A program made the translations under genes and the position numbers. 64,000 nucleotides of DNA from Octopus vulgaris. Taxonomy: Eukaryota. The notes under the pieces were generated by a model, which ran no database searches, was not told the origin of the DNA, and saw nothing but the letters and a program-made list of their open reading frames with translations. Position 1 is the stretch's first letter; each line of letters begins with the position of its first letter. This document shows, piece after piece, positions 48,251 to 61,384 of this stretch. The stretch spans positions 159,836,001 to 159,900,000 of the forward strand of contig OX597814.1 in assembly GCA_951406725.2 (NCBI GenBank), read 5' to 3'.

Positions 48251-51200
48251 GAGTCACTTCCAACAAAACCTATTTGATTCACTTATTCTTTTATTCTTTT
48301 ACTAGCTTCAGTCATTTGGTTTCTGCCATGCTGGAGCACCACCTTGAAGAGTTTTAGTTGAACAACTCGACCCAGGACTTATTTTTTAAGCCTAGCAATT
48401 ATTCTATTCATCTCTTTTGCCAAACCACTAACTTATGGGGACATAAACACACCAACACTGGTTGTCAAGTGGTAATGGGGAGACAAATACAAACACACAC
48501 ACACATATATATATATATGATGGGCTTCTTTTCATAACCCATATTGTGTTTCCCTTCATGCAGGTGTCACAATAAAAAATTAACAGGTATCACAATAACC
48601 TCGAGAACCAATCTTTTTCCCTTAGAGAATCACTTATCTGAAATTTCCCTGCTTCCCATATTTTTCCTGCAATTGTTCAAAGGAGACTAACAACACCAGT
48701 TATATTAGTCTTAAAGTGCTTTGTATAGACCCTTATTCTAGACAAACTATATATTTAAAAATGAAATTGTAAACAAAAAAAGATGATGATACTTAAAGTC
48801 ATTAGACAGAACCCCACACGAAATGCCTTGTGGTATTTATGCTGATTTCTTGCATTCTGAGTTCAAACCCCTTTCAAGTGAGCTTTGCCTTCTAGTCTTC
48901 TAGAGTCAATAAATAAAGTATTTGTCTAGAGCAGTGAACTGACAAGATCATTCAAGTATCAAATGGGATGACTTCCACCTTACCTTATTTGGGTGATTGT
49001 CTAAATTCATTGCCCAATTTAATACTACCAGCTGGTCCTTGGATGCCCCAGAGTTCACTCAGTCGCAAACAAGTAAGCCAAGCTGCAGGTTTGAAGTTAC
49101 CTTTCTCCCTCTCATAGGACTAGTAAAGGGCTATGGTCACTATCTTTCCTGCTCGACTAAACATTAAATATAAAAGGTCAATAGTGATTGAGCAGACTTA
49201 TGACTAAAGGTCATCTATTTGTTGCTGTCCCACGTTTTTAGTGGCATCTAAATCTACATTATATGATATATCTTACTCTTATTAAGATGCTAGAGGTTTG
49301 ATTTAAGGAAAATTAGGCTGCTGTTTCTTGCAGGTTAAGTGACCATATTGAGTCACTACCATTGGCTTGTAAATAAGTCCATGATGATACAGCTGCTGTC
49401 AAAGTATGAGAAGAAATGGTGAAACCAAGCAGAGGCTTTTGCTTTGTTCATTTTCTTTCTTTGCTGTTTTTTTTTAAATTTTTTTTTTTTAAGATCGTAA
49501 TCTATCTGATATCATTTTTGTACTTGTCACAAATTAACACTGAGGAAATCAGTGTTAACACGATGTGAAAAAAAAATTTGACATTTATATCTAGGGCCAG
49601 TTAATGTAATGACTCACCAGATTCCCTCAGCAATTGCAACATTAATGTCACACACACACCTACCACAATACAACACACAACAGAACTGTCTCTCATTACA
49701 TTATTGGCAAATGTATCATTCTATCCTTAGTTGGAAATGCTGTACTTTTTACTCTTTTTTTTTCCACTAAAGCTCTGAAATAAAGTCTATCACATATTTT
49801 TTTTAATATTTCAATAGCTGTAAGTTTAACTCTAAAAAAAATATATGAAATAATTATGTTGAAAATAATCTAAGTATAGTTTATAAAAAAATTTCAAAAC
49901 AATACAAGGTTGTATCAATAATAATTTCTTTCTGGCCTTGGGAAACAGGTGAGGGTTGGTGTCAAGAAGAGCATCCAGCTGTAGAAATCAGCCTCAGCAA
50001 ATTCTGCCTGAACCTTGCAAAGATGTTGAAATGAATGTTAAGTGGTAGTGGTTGTGGTGGTGGTAGTGATGGTGGTAGAGTGGTGGTGGTGGTGGTGGTA
50101 GTGGCAGTTGCAATGATGGACACAAAGCCACAAATTTGGAGATGGAATTAGTTGATTAAGTTGACTGTTACGTTATTTATCAGCCTCATGAGGACGAAAG
50201 ATGAAGTTGACATGTCAAGATTTGGACTCAGACTGTTACTGAATAGTGTGGATTTAACATTCTCTGTCACTTCCATCTTATACTTCTTCTACATATTGAT
50301 TCTAACTTAGAGAATGGGATGTGCTTGGTTGCAGAAATGATATTATTATAACATTGTTTAACCCCAGGTCAAACCCGAACAGACTTATTATGAAAAGCAT
50401 TCTACCTGCAACCTTTGCATTTTTTTCAGATACAGTTTATTTTCTTTATTATTCAATATGTCCCCTTTTAAAAAATATAGTAGGGTATGATTTGAGAGAG
50501 AGAGAGATGAAAAGGCACTCTCATTGGCTTACAGGAATGGATGATCTCTGAACCAAATTTTTAGTGGTGTAGTGTGGCTTCTGCTAGTTTCAAATCATCT
50601 TGCTCAGATCCCCAATGTGGAACCACAGTCTAACTAGTTTACCATAAAAGGCAAAGCCAGCTATGAGAAACTAACTATGTCACCATAAAAGGCATTAATG
50701 CCTGTGAATGTGGTTTGGTCAATCAGATCAGCTGGTGTGCAGTCAAATAAGTGATAGGCTTGAAATTAAGTTTTGTGGATTCCTTCACTATAGTTTTGCT
50801 GAAGATTCTAGAAGCTTGACTCAATGTTATAATAAGCTGGGATACTGAACTCCCAAATAGAACGGCCTCTGGTGCTACACAGAACTATATCAATCGGTTT
50901 TGTGATACGGTGTTCTCACTCCTACTTATTTGGTCTTTAATAACCAAAGATGATTTTCATATAATTAAAATATTTTATGCAATGAAGTCTTTTAACTATA
51001 ACATTTATCATCTCATGTATGCCATTTTAGTCAAATAACTGTTGTACATATGTAAATACAAATGTTCTGAGTAATAAAGAATATGGAAATGTTTTTATAT
51101 GATTAATGGTCATTTTCATCTTTACTGCAGCCTACTTAATATTGTGAACTATCAACAATGACTAAATGACCAGCTCCACTAAATGATGACCAACGTAAAT

Positions 51201-52974
51201 GATATTTAACTACACCCCTTCACATCACGAACTAAAATTCCACTGTTGGTGAATGGAAAACATCTTTTAGCCTTTCAATGTCAATATAGTAACAGTCAAA
51301 ATAATAACTAAGATCAATTTGACTGTTTGCTCAAATTGTAAGACCTAATGTTGTGGTTCTCAAACAGACAAATACTAGTCTCACCACCTATTGGCCAACC
51401 AAAATATCAATGATATTTTTTTTACCTCTTCCTTTTTTAAAGAAGACAAAATGGTGCTTGCAGCCATATAATTCTCCTTTCAGGCCTGTATTGTTTCTAC
51501 AAGTTATAAAAGTTTTAAACCATTTCAATTATATTAAACATGGCAAGTTGTTCACCCACTTTTAAATCCTCAGGGCACTCCTCACCACAAAGAGTATTAG
51601 GCCTTCTCCTATAATAAATACTTGCTTAATGTCAATGCAAGAAATATTTTTTCTTATTATGAGGACTACATGATTGGCAGAAAGGGCATAGAATTGGTAA
51701 ATTAGTGAGAGCATCTGGTGCTTGCCAGCTCTTACCATTCTGACTTCAAACTCTGCTGCTGTCAGTTTTGTCTTTCATCCCTCTTGGATTGATAAATAAA
51801 GTACAAATCAAGTAGTAAGGTGAATGGTATTATGTAACCCCACCCAACATCAAAAGTTCTATCAAAAGTCTTGCCCAAAATCCTATCAAAAACTGACATG
51901 ATGATTGGCTGGAAAAACTGCTAGTAGACATTATAAGAGAGTTCAAAGATATACCCAAAGGTCAACCTTACCAAACAGAGTATTATTAATGCCTAGTGAC
52001 AATTATTTCTGGCCAACAATACCAAATATAGTAATTTTATTTGCCTATAGTTTTGACTTTAAGCTTAAACATTCCAGGTCTGAATTTGTGGAATGGTATC
52101 TGCTTCAACTTTATTGTGGGCATCATCTGAGTTTCATGGAATATCAGTAATTGTTATAGATTGGGATGAAGTATTTGCTGGTCCTGAATAGACGGACTAA
52201 TCATTGGGATGCTGTCCTAGCAATTTTAACCTTTTGCAAGCTGCTGACGCATCATGTTGCTGCATGAGTTATCTCCCCTCTCAGTGCAACACAATGCAGC
52301 TACAGGGAAGAAAATTTGTACAATGCCATGATGTGCATCAATGTGCTGAAAGTTAGATATGCTTTCAAGAGAAATCTTCAGTGATCGAGGAACCTAACAT
52401 TTTCTCCTAAACATTTAAATGATGGCTGACTTGAACTATTAAATAAATACTACCAAAAGTAAAATTCTAGCATGTTTCATTAAACAATTTTTAATACAGG
52501 GCTGAGGGAAAACACCTCAGGGTAGCATTTTGTATTCTAAATACATATAAGAGTGAGTCTCACATATATAGTATAGTGAGTTGAAAAACTCCATTTAAAT
52601 TATTTTTGCAATATCAGATAATCAAAAATTCTGTTTTGGATTTTAAACACCCCAAGAGGGACTTTTGTTTTCTATTTGTAAAATAAATCTCAGTTAATTG
52701 ACGTTTTTCAACTCACAATATGTATATTACATACAAGATGTATGTAATGGTAGTGGTTGTGGTGGTGGTAGTGGTTGTGGTGGTGGTAGTGGTTGTGGTG
52801 GTGGTAGTGGTGGTGGTAGAATGGTGGTGGTAGTGGTGGTGGCAGTTGCAATGATGGACACAAAGCCACAAATTTGGAGATGGAATTAGTTGATTAAGTT
52901 GATTCTAGTACTTGACTGTTACGTTATTTATCAGCCTCACGAGGACGAAAGATGAAGTTGAACATGTCAAGATT

Positions 52975-53210
52975 TGTTGATGTTAATATCTCCTTGAGAA
53001 TCAAAGGACAAGAAGATGACAATTGCTTTGAAACCTCCAGCTTTTTTTTACCCAAATTTACATTTATATCAATAACAATTGGTGCACTTGGTTTTGTGAG
53101 TAAATGCCATAGTGACAATCTGGAGAAGTGGGGGTTTTCAGAAACATGCTCATCACAAATACAATTGTAAGTGGAACAGTAAAAATATGCAAGTCTTTTC
53201 TCATATTCAA
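52975..53210 (+). mobile_element. Decayed C-terminus of an RLE-type (R4/NeSL/CRE-like) LINE
   Basis: DVNISLRIK...FTFISITIGALGFVSKC...LEKWGF and GTVKICKSFL in a shifted frame. Confidence 0.6.
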
Positions 53211-53506
53211 AATGTGAATTTGCTTTTGTTATCTACAATCCAACAATGGGGTTATGTATCCTTGGTTAGAAACCAGCTCCTTCCGTACAAGAAAACTTCA
53301 AATGATTGAAAATATAAGAGTACCTACAAACATACATACACGCGGGCACACACACATGTACGCACATGCGTATATAAGTATGCACACACACACACACATA
53401 CATACATACATACATACATACATACATACATACATACATACATACATACCCATATGAGTTATGTTTTTATTATTATTAATATTATTATTATTATTATTAT
53501 TATTAC

Positions 53507-53540
<34 letters not shown>

Positions 53541-53559
53541 TTGAGAATTTGAACACCGT

Positions 53560-54261
53560 AGCAGTTTCTTTTTCTCTTAATAATTGTGAGGATAATCGAA
53601 GTTTTTCAACTCTATATTACGTATGCGAGCCTCTACTGCATCAGTTTTTATGTATCCTTCTGAGGGAAAAGTTTAGGTACACTTATCTTTATAGTTCGTA
53701 AGTTTAAAAAACAAACCGGGATGTCAATAAACTTGACTGATTCATATTAGCAGGAAATCATTTCTCTTCACAAATATATAAAAGTACTTCTCACACGCGC
53801 ACACACACATACACAAACACACACACACACACACACATATACATATACACACACACACACACACACACGTATTATTGACAGATAAAGTGTAAATATAATC
53901 ACGAGTATCTTCTCTCACTATCACTCTTTTTTCTTTTTAAGACTTTTTCAATTAGTCGTCCACTGGTGCCTTTACTCAACAACATAGCGATATTTCAGAG
54001 GATTAACAGAAACAAATATTATCGGGAATGATCTCGTGAGTTGAAGCGGCTGCTTATCGAATGCTAGTTTTTTCTTACGTATTTATTTCAAAGCAATTTA
54101 GTGATCCAGAATCGAATATTTTCATGTGAAAGAATTTCATACTAAAATATGGTGCCTCTTTCTTTCCTTCAAAAGTATTTGATATAGTTTTAGTACCAAA
54201 CAAGTGTCTTGCATATACGAATCTGTACTGATTGATAAATTCAGCTTTACATTATCTAAAA
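53560..54261 (+). promoter_or_regulatory. Probable promoter/5' UTR region of the TBC1D13-like gene
   Basis: Directly upstream of the ATG exon, TE-free, visibly richer in CpG than the introns; TSS not determinable. Confidence 0.4.
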
Positions 54262-54281
54262 ATGGCAGCTTACAGAACAAG
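54262..54281 (+). CDS. TBC1D13: First coding exon of TBC1D13-like gene: MAAYRT(R)
   Basis: aaaaATGg start context, AG/GTaaga donor, phase 2 matches next exon. Confidence 0.75.
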
Positions 54282-55506
54282 GTAAGAACACCTAACAAAA
54301 ACAAGCTATCAGAATATTTATTGACATTTATTAGAAAGTTAATTTACCGTATATATTCTTCTGTGAAAATATTGTTTTAATTTAATTTTAAATTTCCATG
54401 TTGACAGTTTCTATATTACTTACTGCCGGACAAAGTTTGCCAGGTGTATTAACGACACGCCTCCTTTACTCTTTCTACAACACTTCTCTAAATCTACAAA
54501 TGCGATCTATGTTTTTATTATATTTTAACCTGTTTATTATAATTTGATGCTACAAAATCCTTATATTTAACTTGTACGAAACTTTCATTTTCCTTGATAT
54601 CGACTTATAACTATCAATTCTCACTATGATTTCCATTGTTTATATTTCTCGACACTTATCAATCAATCAGTTAGGTGTTTTGATTATAGATCACAATTTA
54701 TTTATAATTCTGTTTATGTATTATAACAGAAACTATTTATTATTATTATTATTATTAAAGTTGCATTTAAAAATATAAAATTATCGTTAGTGTTATTAGT
54801 ACAGATTATCGTTATAAACTGAGTGACAAAGGTGGAGTTGGGACGGCAGAACTACAAACAACATGCTTTATTAGTTTCGGTTTATTATTTGTCTGTTCAA
54901 ATCTCGCCCAAATCGACTTTGTTTTTCATCCCATGGGTGTTCACATAATCAGTATTTGACATGTTCCGTTCAACCCCTGTGCCTTCTGTCGATATAAGAA
55001 AATTACTATCATTTGAGAATAACATGAATGCCACACACTGTCATACTCTGTTCTGCAAATCTTGCGTATCTATGGAAGAAATAATTATTACTGGCTGTTA
55101 ATGTTTAGCTCCTGGTCAATCTGATTGAGCAGATCTATGATCAAAGGCATTTCATTCACCCCATCCGTTTCTTTGCCATTGTGTATCTTGGATTAATGTA
55201 GTTCAAGGTTCACAGTATAATGCTTCCTCTCGTTTTCAGTACTTTTACGGTATGATTTGGGAGAGTTTGGCCTGCTTTTTCTAAAGGTTTCAACGACACT
55301 GTTGGCTCTGTTTTAGAATTGTTCTAAGGTCCAACCAGTGTGCTTATACTGTTGGAAAAGGCATGAACACCAAGGGGTCCTTTTCCCTAAAACCCTGGGG
55401 CTTTATGTAATTAAACATTATCATTAATTAATTTGCTAATAAACACTAAACATTCACGTCATATGCAACTAAGTCAAACCTATTTGTTGTTTATTTACTT
55501 ATTTAG

Positions 55507-55580
55507 ATTAAAACAGTTCGCCAAGGTATTGGACACTGAAGAAATTGATATGGAAAGCTTACGCAAATTATGTTTCAGTG
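55507..55580 (+). CDS. TBC1D13: Second coding exon of TBC1D13-like gene: (R)LKQFAKVLDTEEIDMESLRKLCFS(G)
   Basis: atttAG / GTaaat, 74 nt; resembles recalled TBC1D13 N-terminus (RIADFQDVL...LEKLRELSFSG). Only 31 codons in total; a TBC1D22-type identity is not fully excluded. No third exon found in the window. Confidence 0.75.
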
Positions 55581-58500
55581 GTAAATATAAATTTTTCCGA
55601 AATTTCTCTCATTTTTTATAATTGGTTTCATATCTATCGCATATTGTTTTGCATTGCTTGTGAAAACGTGCATTGTTTTTATATTTGAAACTTGTAAAAT
55701 ACGGACTTCTCTAGTAACTTCATTAATTACATGTGGCGGAGATTTACAATATCCTTCAGCGGCTGCTTTCAGAATTGAAATTAAAAAAAATTCCATTTCA
55801 GATTATTATAAATGTCGAAATATATTTAGGTTGTGTATTTTGTGTTTTTTGTTATCTCACAATGGTTGCTGCTATCGTCTTGTTTTCTGATATCGGTTTG
55901 TTATCATCATTTCGAACGATTGTGGTCATCTACATATAAACGTAAATGAACCGCTGAAAGTGTGTTTCGTTTTGTATCTCTCAACGTAAATGACATTATT
56001 TATTATGTTTTGTTTTGTTTCCTTTTTGACCTCTGCTAATCTAGAATTTAAAAATTAATGGAAAGGATCCTAGACATAGATTTAGTCTCAAAAACAAATC
56101 AAAACAAAAATCTGCGTTATGTTTAATTATCGATTACAAACATGGTGTTTGGAGATAAAAAAAAAAAAAACTTCGTTTTTACGTTCATTTCTAGGAATGT
56201 AATTTTTTAATTAAATATCATCTCTTAGTTGAATAACGGATTTTTACTTTAAACTTGTTGGTGAAAGTTTGAGATGCTAATTACTGTTGTCAGTTAATCA
56301 AAGTAAACATTAATGTCTTATGTAATTCAGCTATTAGATGGGCTTCAGTTATTAATTTATTAGATGACCGGTTGAACAATCGTAAATTGAGAAAAAAATG
56401 GACTTTGTTATAAACCTGAAGATTAATTTATTTAAAATCTGTGAAGACTGCCAACTGGAAGGCAAATCTTAATAGGCAATTTCATCATAGGAAACTTGAT
56501 GCTTTTCTTTGGTCGGGTATAAAAACTTTGTTTTAGAATTCTTTTGGTGTATAAATCTCGACTTTTTTTTTGTGGTTGGTGTATGAGATGCAGTTCACAT
56601 ATTTCGTTATTATTTTTTTATTTTTTGTAATAAATCAGAATTAACCTAATGAGGACGTTTTTCAGCACTCTTTCACTGAAGTAACCATCTTCCCTGCGCA
56701 CCTCACTACCTCGACATACACACTTGCAAAAGACAAAAAAAAAAAAAAAGACAAAAAATCAGCTATTCATAATCTGTTGGTGTGCTGATTAAATACACGT
56801 TTTTAAGGTTTCCAGTTACATTGTAATTCTTGTGGCAGACTTTCTTTGTAAATTCTCTGATTATCATCCCACTCTGCTTCGCTTAAATTACCACGGCATT
56901 TTGTTTGACAGATGTTCTAAACCATTACTTTTAAAGCTTCATTCGAAATTTAATTTACATGTACAAACAAGTGCTTTATACAGTTTATTTTCCACCTGAG
57001 ACTGTGTCATTTACACATTATATCAATCAAGCTGTTTCTTTATTCGTAAGATAGTCTTATATTTTCTTTCTCTAATACCTTGTTTAGAAGGGTGCAAAGT
57101 ATAATGTTTCTGTCTAATATGGACATATGACATATCTCATTGATAAAGAAATTATGAATTGTCTTACAGAAGTATACTTATATCATCTTCAATGATGTCA
57201 TGTCAAGAATCATCATCGTTGATTTCATGCCTTTACCATGCTAGTATGTGTTGGACGAGACTTACTGGAATAATATTATCCTATGTCTTGATGCTCTCTC
57301 TATTGTTAACCCTTATTTGTTTTTCAATTATTTGGGGCACAAATGTTTTGTGCTACAAAGAAGTTGCCCGTTTAAAATCTTTTTTTTTTTACACTTTTTC
57401 CCTCATTTTGGATATTTGTTTATACCCGTAACTTGAACACTCATTTTCTGGTTCAAAGTTAGCAGAATCAAAAAGCTACCAGGAATTCAGTACTCAAGTT
57501 CAGCTTTGGCTTAACTTGATTCCACAATGAAATCACATTTATTAGTGTAATGATGATGATGTTGATGGATTGCTCAAAGGCATCTGCCATTTTGTTGAAA
57601 ACTATTGATATTATAGTTAATGATGCAAGTGTAGCTGTGTGGTAAGCACTTTGCTTCCCACCCACATTGTTCCAGGTTCAGTCTTCCTGTGTGGTACTTT
57701 GAGCAAGTATCTTCTACTGTAGCTTCAGGCTGAGCAAAGCTTTGTGGGTGAATTTGGTAGACAGTCAAAAACTGAAAGAAGCCCATCATATATGTATACA
57801 TGTATAGATATATGTGTGGTGTGTCTTCGTGTCTGTCCCCCACCACTGCTTGACAACTGGTGTTGGTGTGTTTATGTCCCCATAACATAGCAGTTCAGCA
57901 AAAGAGACCAATAGAATAAGTACTGGGGGGTCGATTCATTTGACTAAAATTCTTCAAGGCAGTGCCCCAGCATGACCACAGTCTAAAGACTGAAACAAGT
58001 AGAAGATAAAAAGATATGTGTGTGTATGTCGGCGCTTGTCTAGACATCACATGAGAGTTGTAAACGAGCATCCTTGTTATACAAGCAAGATTGTTTGTTT
58101 CCAGTTTCTGTGGGGAACATTTAACCTTGCTTGGAAATAAGTCAAAGATAGCTACTAAGAAGGGCAGCTCTAGGAAACCTGTCCCAGCAAATTCCCATCT
58201 GATCCATGCAAGCTTGGAAACTAGACAATTAGTGATGATGACAGTGAATGTTAAAATATTTTCAGCTTAGTTTATAAAATTATAAAATTGTTGTTCTACA
58301 TAATTTGCAAACGATAAATCATAGGTTTGTCGGTTCTTGATGATTGCAACTCAATATAATGATGTCATGTTGTCAGTTATAATTTTCTTTACCATGGTGT
58401 CACATAATAGATATTTGTTTTCATGGTAAGCAGCAAGTATGGTAGGCAATAATCTCTTTTACTAACAAAGATTAAGTTATGGAGTAAAAAATATTTTTGC

Positions 58501-59311
58501 ATGAAGTTAAATTAGATGACTAACTTGGCTGTCAGTTATATTGTTAAATAAATGTTTGCTCACGTCTTATCACATGTTACAGTTGTAAACTATACATGTG
58601 GAGAGACCATTAGATAATGAAATCCATGCTTCATATTTGATGTATAATGACATTATGAATTGATAAACAGTAACTATATACAAAAAGTGTCACTTTAGTT
58701 TAACATTTTCCTAATGAGCTTCTAATTTGTACTCTTCCAAAGAACAGTGAAAAATGAACAAGAACCTGCAATATGCTAGGTAAGAGAAACAAACCAAACA
58801 ATTGAGTAGCAATGAACAAAGAAATTGATAAGAGAATGAAAGACATACATACATGCATTCGTATATGTGCTGGTGCTACATCCCATGCCAGTGCCATGTC
58901 CCATGACAATGTCACATCCCATGCCAGTGTCACATCCTGTGCCAGTGCCACATAAAAGCACCCAGTACATTCTGTAAAGTGGTTGGCGTTAGGAAGGGCA
59001 TCCAGCCATTGAAGCCATGCCAAAACAGGCAAAAGCATGGGGAGCTCTCCAGCTGGTCAGCTCCTGTGAAACCATTCAACCCATACCAGCGTGGAGAATA
59101 GATATTAAATGATGATGAGGATTATATATATATTTATTTGAATTTTTATTTGAAGCAGTTTAATTAAATCTAAACATTAATCAATATGACATGCTCAATG
59201 AAAATATGTTGTTATGTGGCTTCACACTGTTTGGCAACACACATTCATTAAGTATGCTATATCGATAATGTTTATATACACACAGGTTTTATTTAACAGA
59301 TTGTGCATATA

Positions 59312-59544
59312 TATTTCTTTACTGCCCACAAGGGGCTAAACATAGAGGTGACAAACAAGGACAAACGAAGGGATTAAGTCGATTATATCGCTCCCAGTGC
59401 GAAACTGGTACTTTATTTATCGACCCCGAAAGGATGAAAGGCAAAGTTGACCTCGACGGAATTTGAACTCAGAACGTAACGACAGACGAAATACCGCTAA
59501 GCATTTCGCCCAACGTGCTAACGTGTCTGCCAGCTCGCCGCCTC
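59312..59544 (-). mobile_element. Young SINE family A copy with 15-bp TSD
   Basis: CAGATTGTGCATATA at 59297-59311 and 59545-59559; CpGs retained. Confidence 0.92.
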
Positions 59545-60581
59545 CAGATTGTGCATATAAAACTACTCAGTATGTGTAGTAAAATTTATTCAAAACAATT
59601 TTGCACTTTTTACTTTTGGTTTTGTGTTCCAATTTTTCACAGTGTCAGTGAACATGTAAATCATCATCATTATCATTTTACACCTATTTTTCCATGCTTG
59701 CGTGAAGTTGATGGATCTTCTCCAGCCCAGCATCTTGTTATAGTCTTCTTTGTGAGCCTTAGCCATGCCTACCTTACACAGGTTCCTTCCATTCAAACGC
59801 ACATAACATGCACACACATGTTTCTGCATTTTGTTGATAATCACTCTGATTAATCATCATCACTATCTTAAAATCCATTTTTCCATGCTTGCATGGGTTG
59901 GACAGTTTGAAGCAGATTTTCTTCAGCTAGGTACCCAATCTGTCATCAACCCTCACTTGTTTCCAAACAAGGTAATATTTCTACTTGGTTACAACATGTT
60001 TTCACAGACTATTGAAAATGAATGACACAACTTATATGGTAGTGACACTCTTTACAACTATCACATGATGACTCACACACACACATACAAGGTTCTTTCA
60101 GTTTCTGTTGCTCAGATCCACTCACATGTTTTTGGTCAGTCTGGACAACAGCAAAAGACTCTAGTGTCACACAATGAGACTGAATTGGACACCATGTGGT
60201 TAGGAAACAAACTTCTAATCATGTATTAATTATTAGTCATGTTTTGATGCTTCTTTCTGTATATTGACTTTGTCATATCAAGTTGACCTGGAATCCTGAA
60301 TGACTTGGTAGATTTTTGCCTTTCACCTTCTGAATTCAACAAAATAAGTACTTGTCTCAAAGTACTGGTTTTGATATAACTGACTATAATCTTTGAGGGC
60401 AGTGACCTAGCATGAGGATACCTTGCTAGGTCACTGAAACCAGTAAAAGAATTAAAGAATAAACAACTTGCTTAATTTGAAATGTAAGAGAATAATTATA
60501 AATATAGATAATGATATGATATTGACCTTTTTCTTTTGCTTTGACTACACATAAATATAAAAGTAGACACATACATTTTAT

Positions 60582-60834
60582 ACAGTTCTATATTTAAGAG
60601 ATGAGGAATTATGTACATTATTGACATTTGACGGAGATTTGTCCTCATCTTGTTTGTTGTTATAATGTTTCGGCTGATATACCCTCAGCCTTCTTCAGGT
60701 GTCTTGGGGAAATTTCGAACATGGTTCGAAATTTCCCCCAAAACACCTGAAGAAGGCTGGAGGGTATATCAGCCGAAACATTATGATAACAACAAACAAG
60801 CTGAGAACAAATATCCGCCAAATGTAAATAATGT
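60582..60834. mobile_element. Foldback element with two inverted hammerhead-like cores (PLE terminal-repeat-derived), 13-bp TSD
   Basis: Palindrome 60611-60838 centred on 60721-60723; ACAC-CTGAAGA-A-GGCTG..CAGCC-GAAAC on both strands; ACATACATTTTAT at 60569-60581 and 60835-60847. Confidence 0.85.
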
Positions 60835-60844
60835 ACATACATTT

Positions 60845-60883
<39 letters not shown>

Positions 60884-60884
<1 letters not shown>

Positions 60885-61170
60885 GAGGCACAATGGCCTA
60901 GTGGTTAGGGCAGCGAACTCGCGGTCGTAGGATCGCGGTTTCGATTCCCAGACCGGGCATTGTGTGTGTTTATTGAGCAAAAACACCTTAAAAGCTCCGG
61001 CAGGGGGTGGTGATCCCTGCTGTACTCTTTCACCACTCTTTCTCTCACTCTTTCTTCTGTTGGCCTGCTTGCTTAGCCAGCGGGGTGGCGTCATTCGAAG
61101 GCTAAAACAATGCGAATGCATTGTGACCAGCGATGTGTAGCAACATCTGATGGTCTGGTCGGTCATGTGA
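60884..61170 (+). mobile_element. SINE family C with alternative 3' tail, in a (TA)n tract
   Basis: Same head as 11519-11897 (TGGCCTAGTGG, GGTTTCGATTCC), different last ~110 bp. Confidence 0.85.
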
Positions 61171-61384
61171 TATATATATATACATACATATATGTACAAA
61201 GTGCCAACACATGGGACTCATGGTCATTGAGTCACTCTGTACATCCTGACAATTATTTGGAAAAAAATTTTTATGTTTATGTACATCCACACACACACTT
61301 CTTATAGAAGTGTATATACTGGATGTTTAGGCTAAATTTAACAGTTTGCATAAAAGAAAAAGAGAACTCAATATCCCATCCAGT

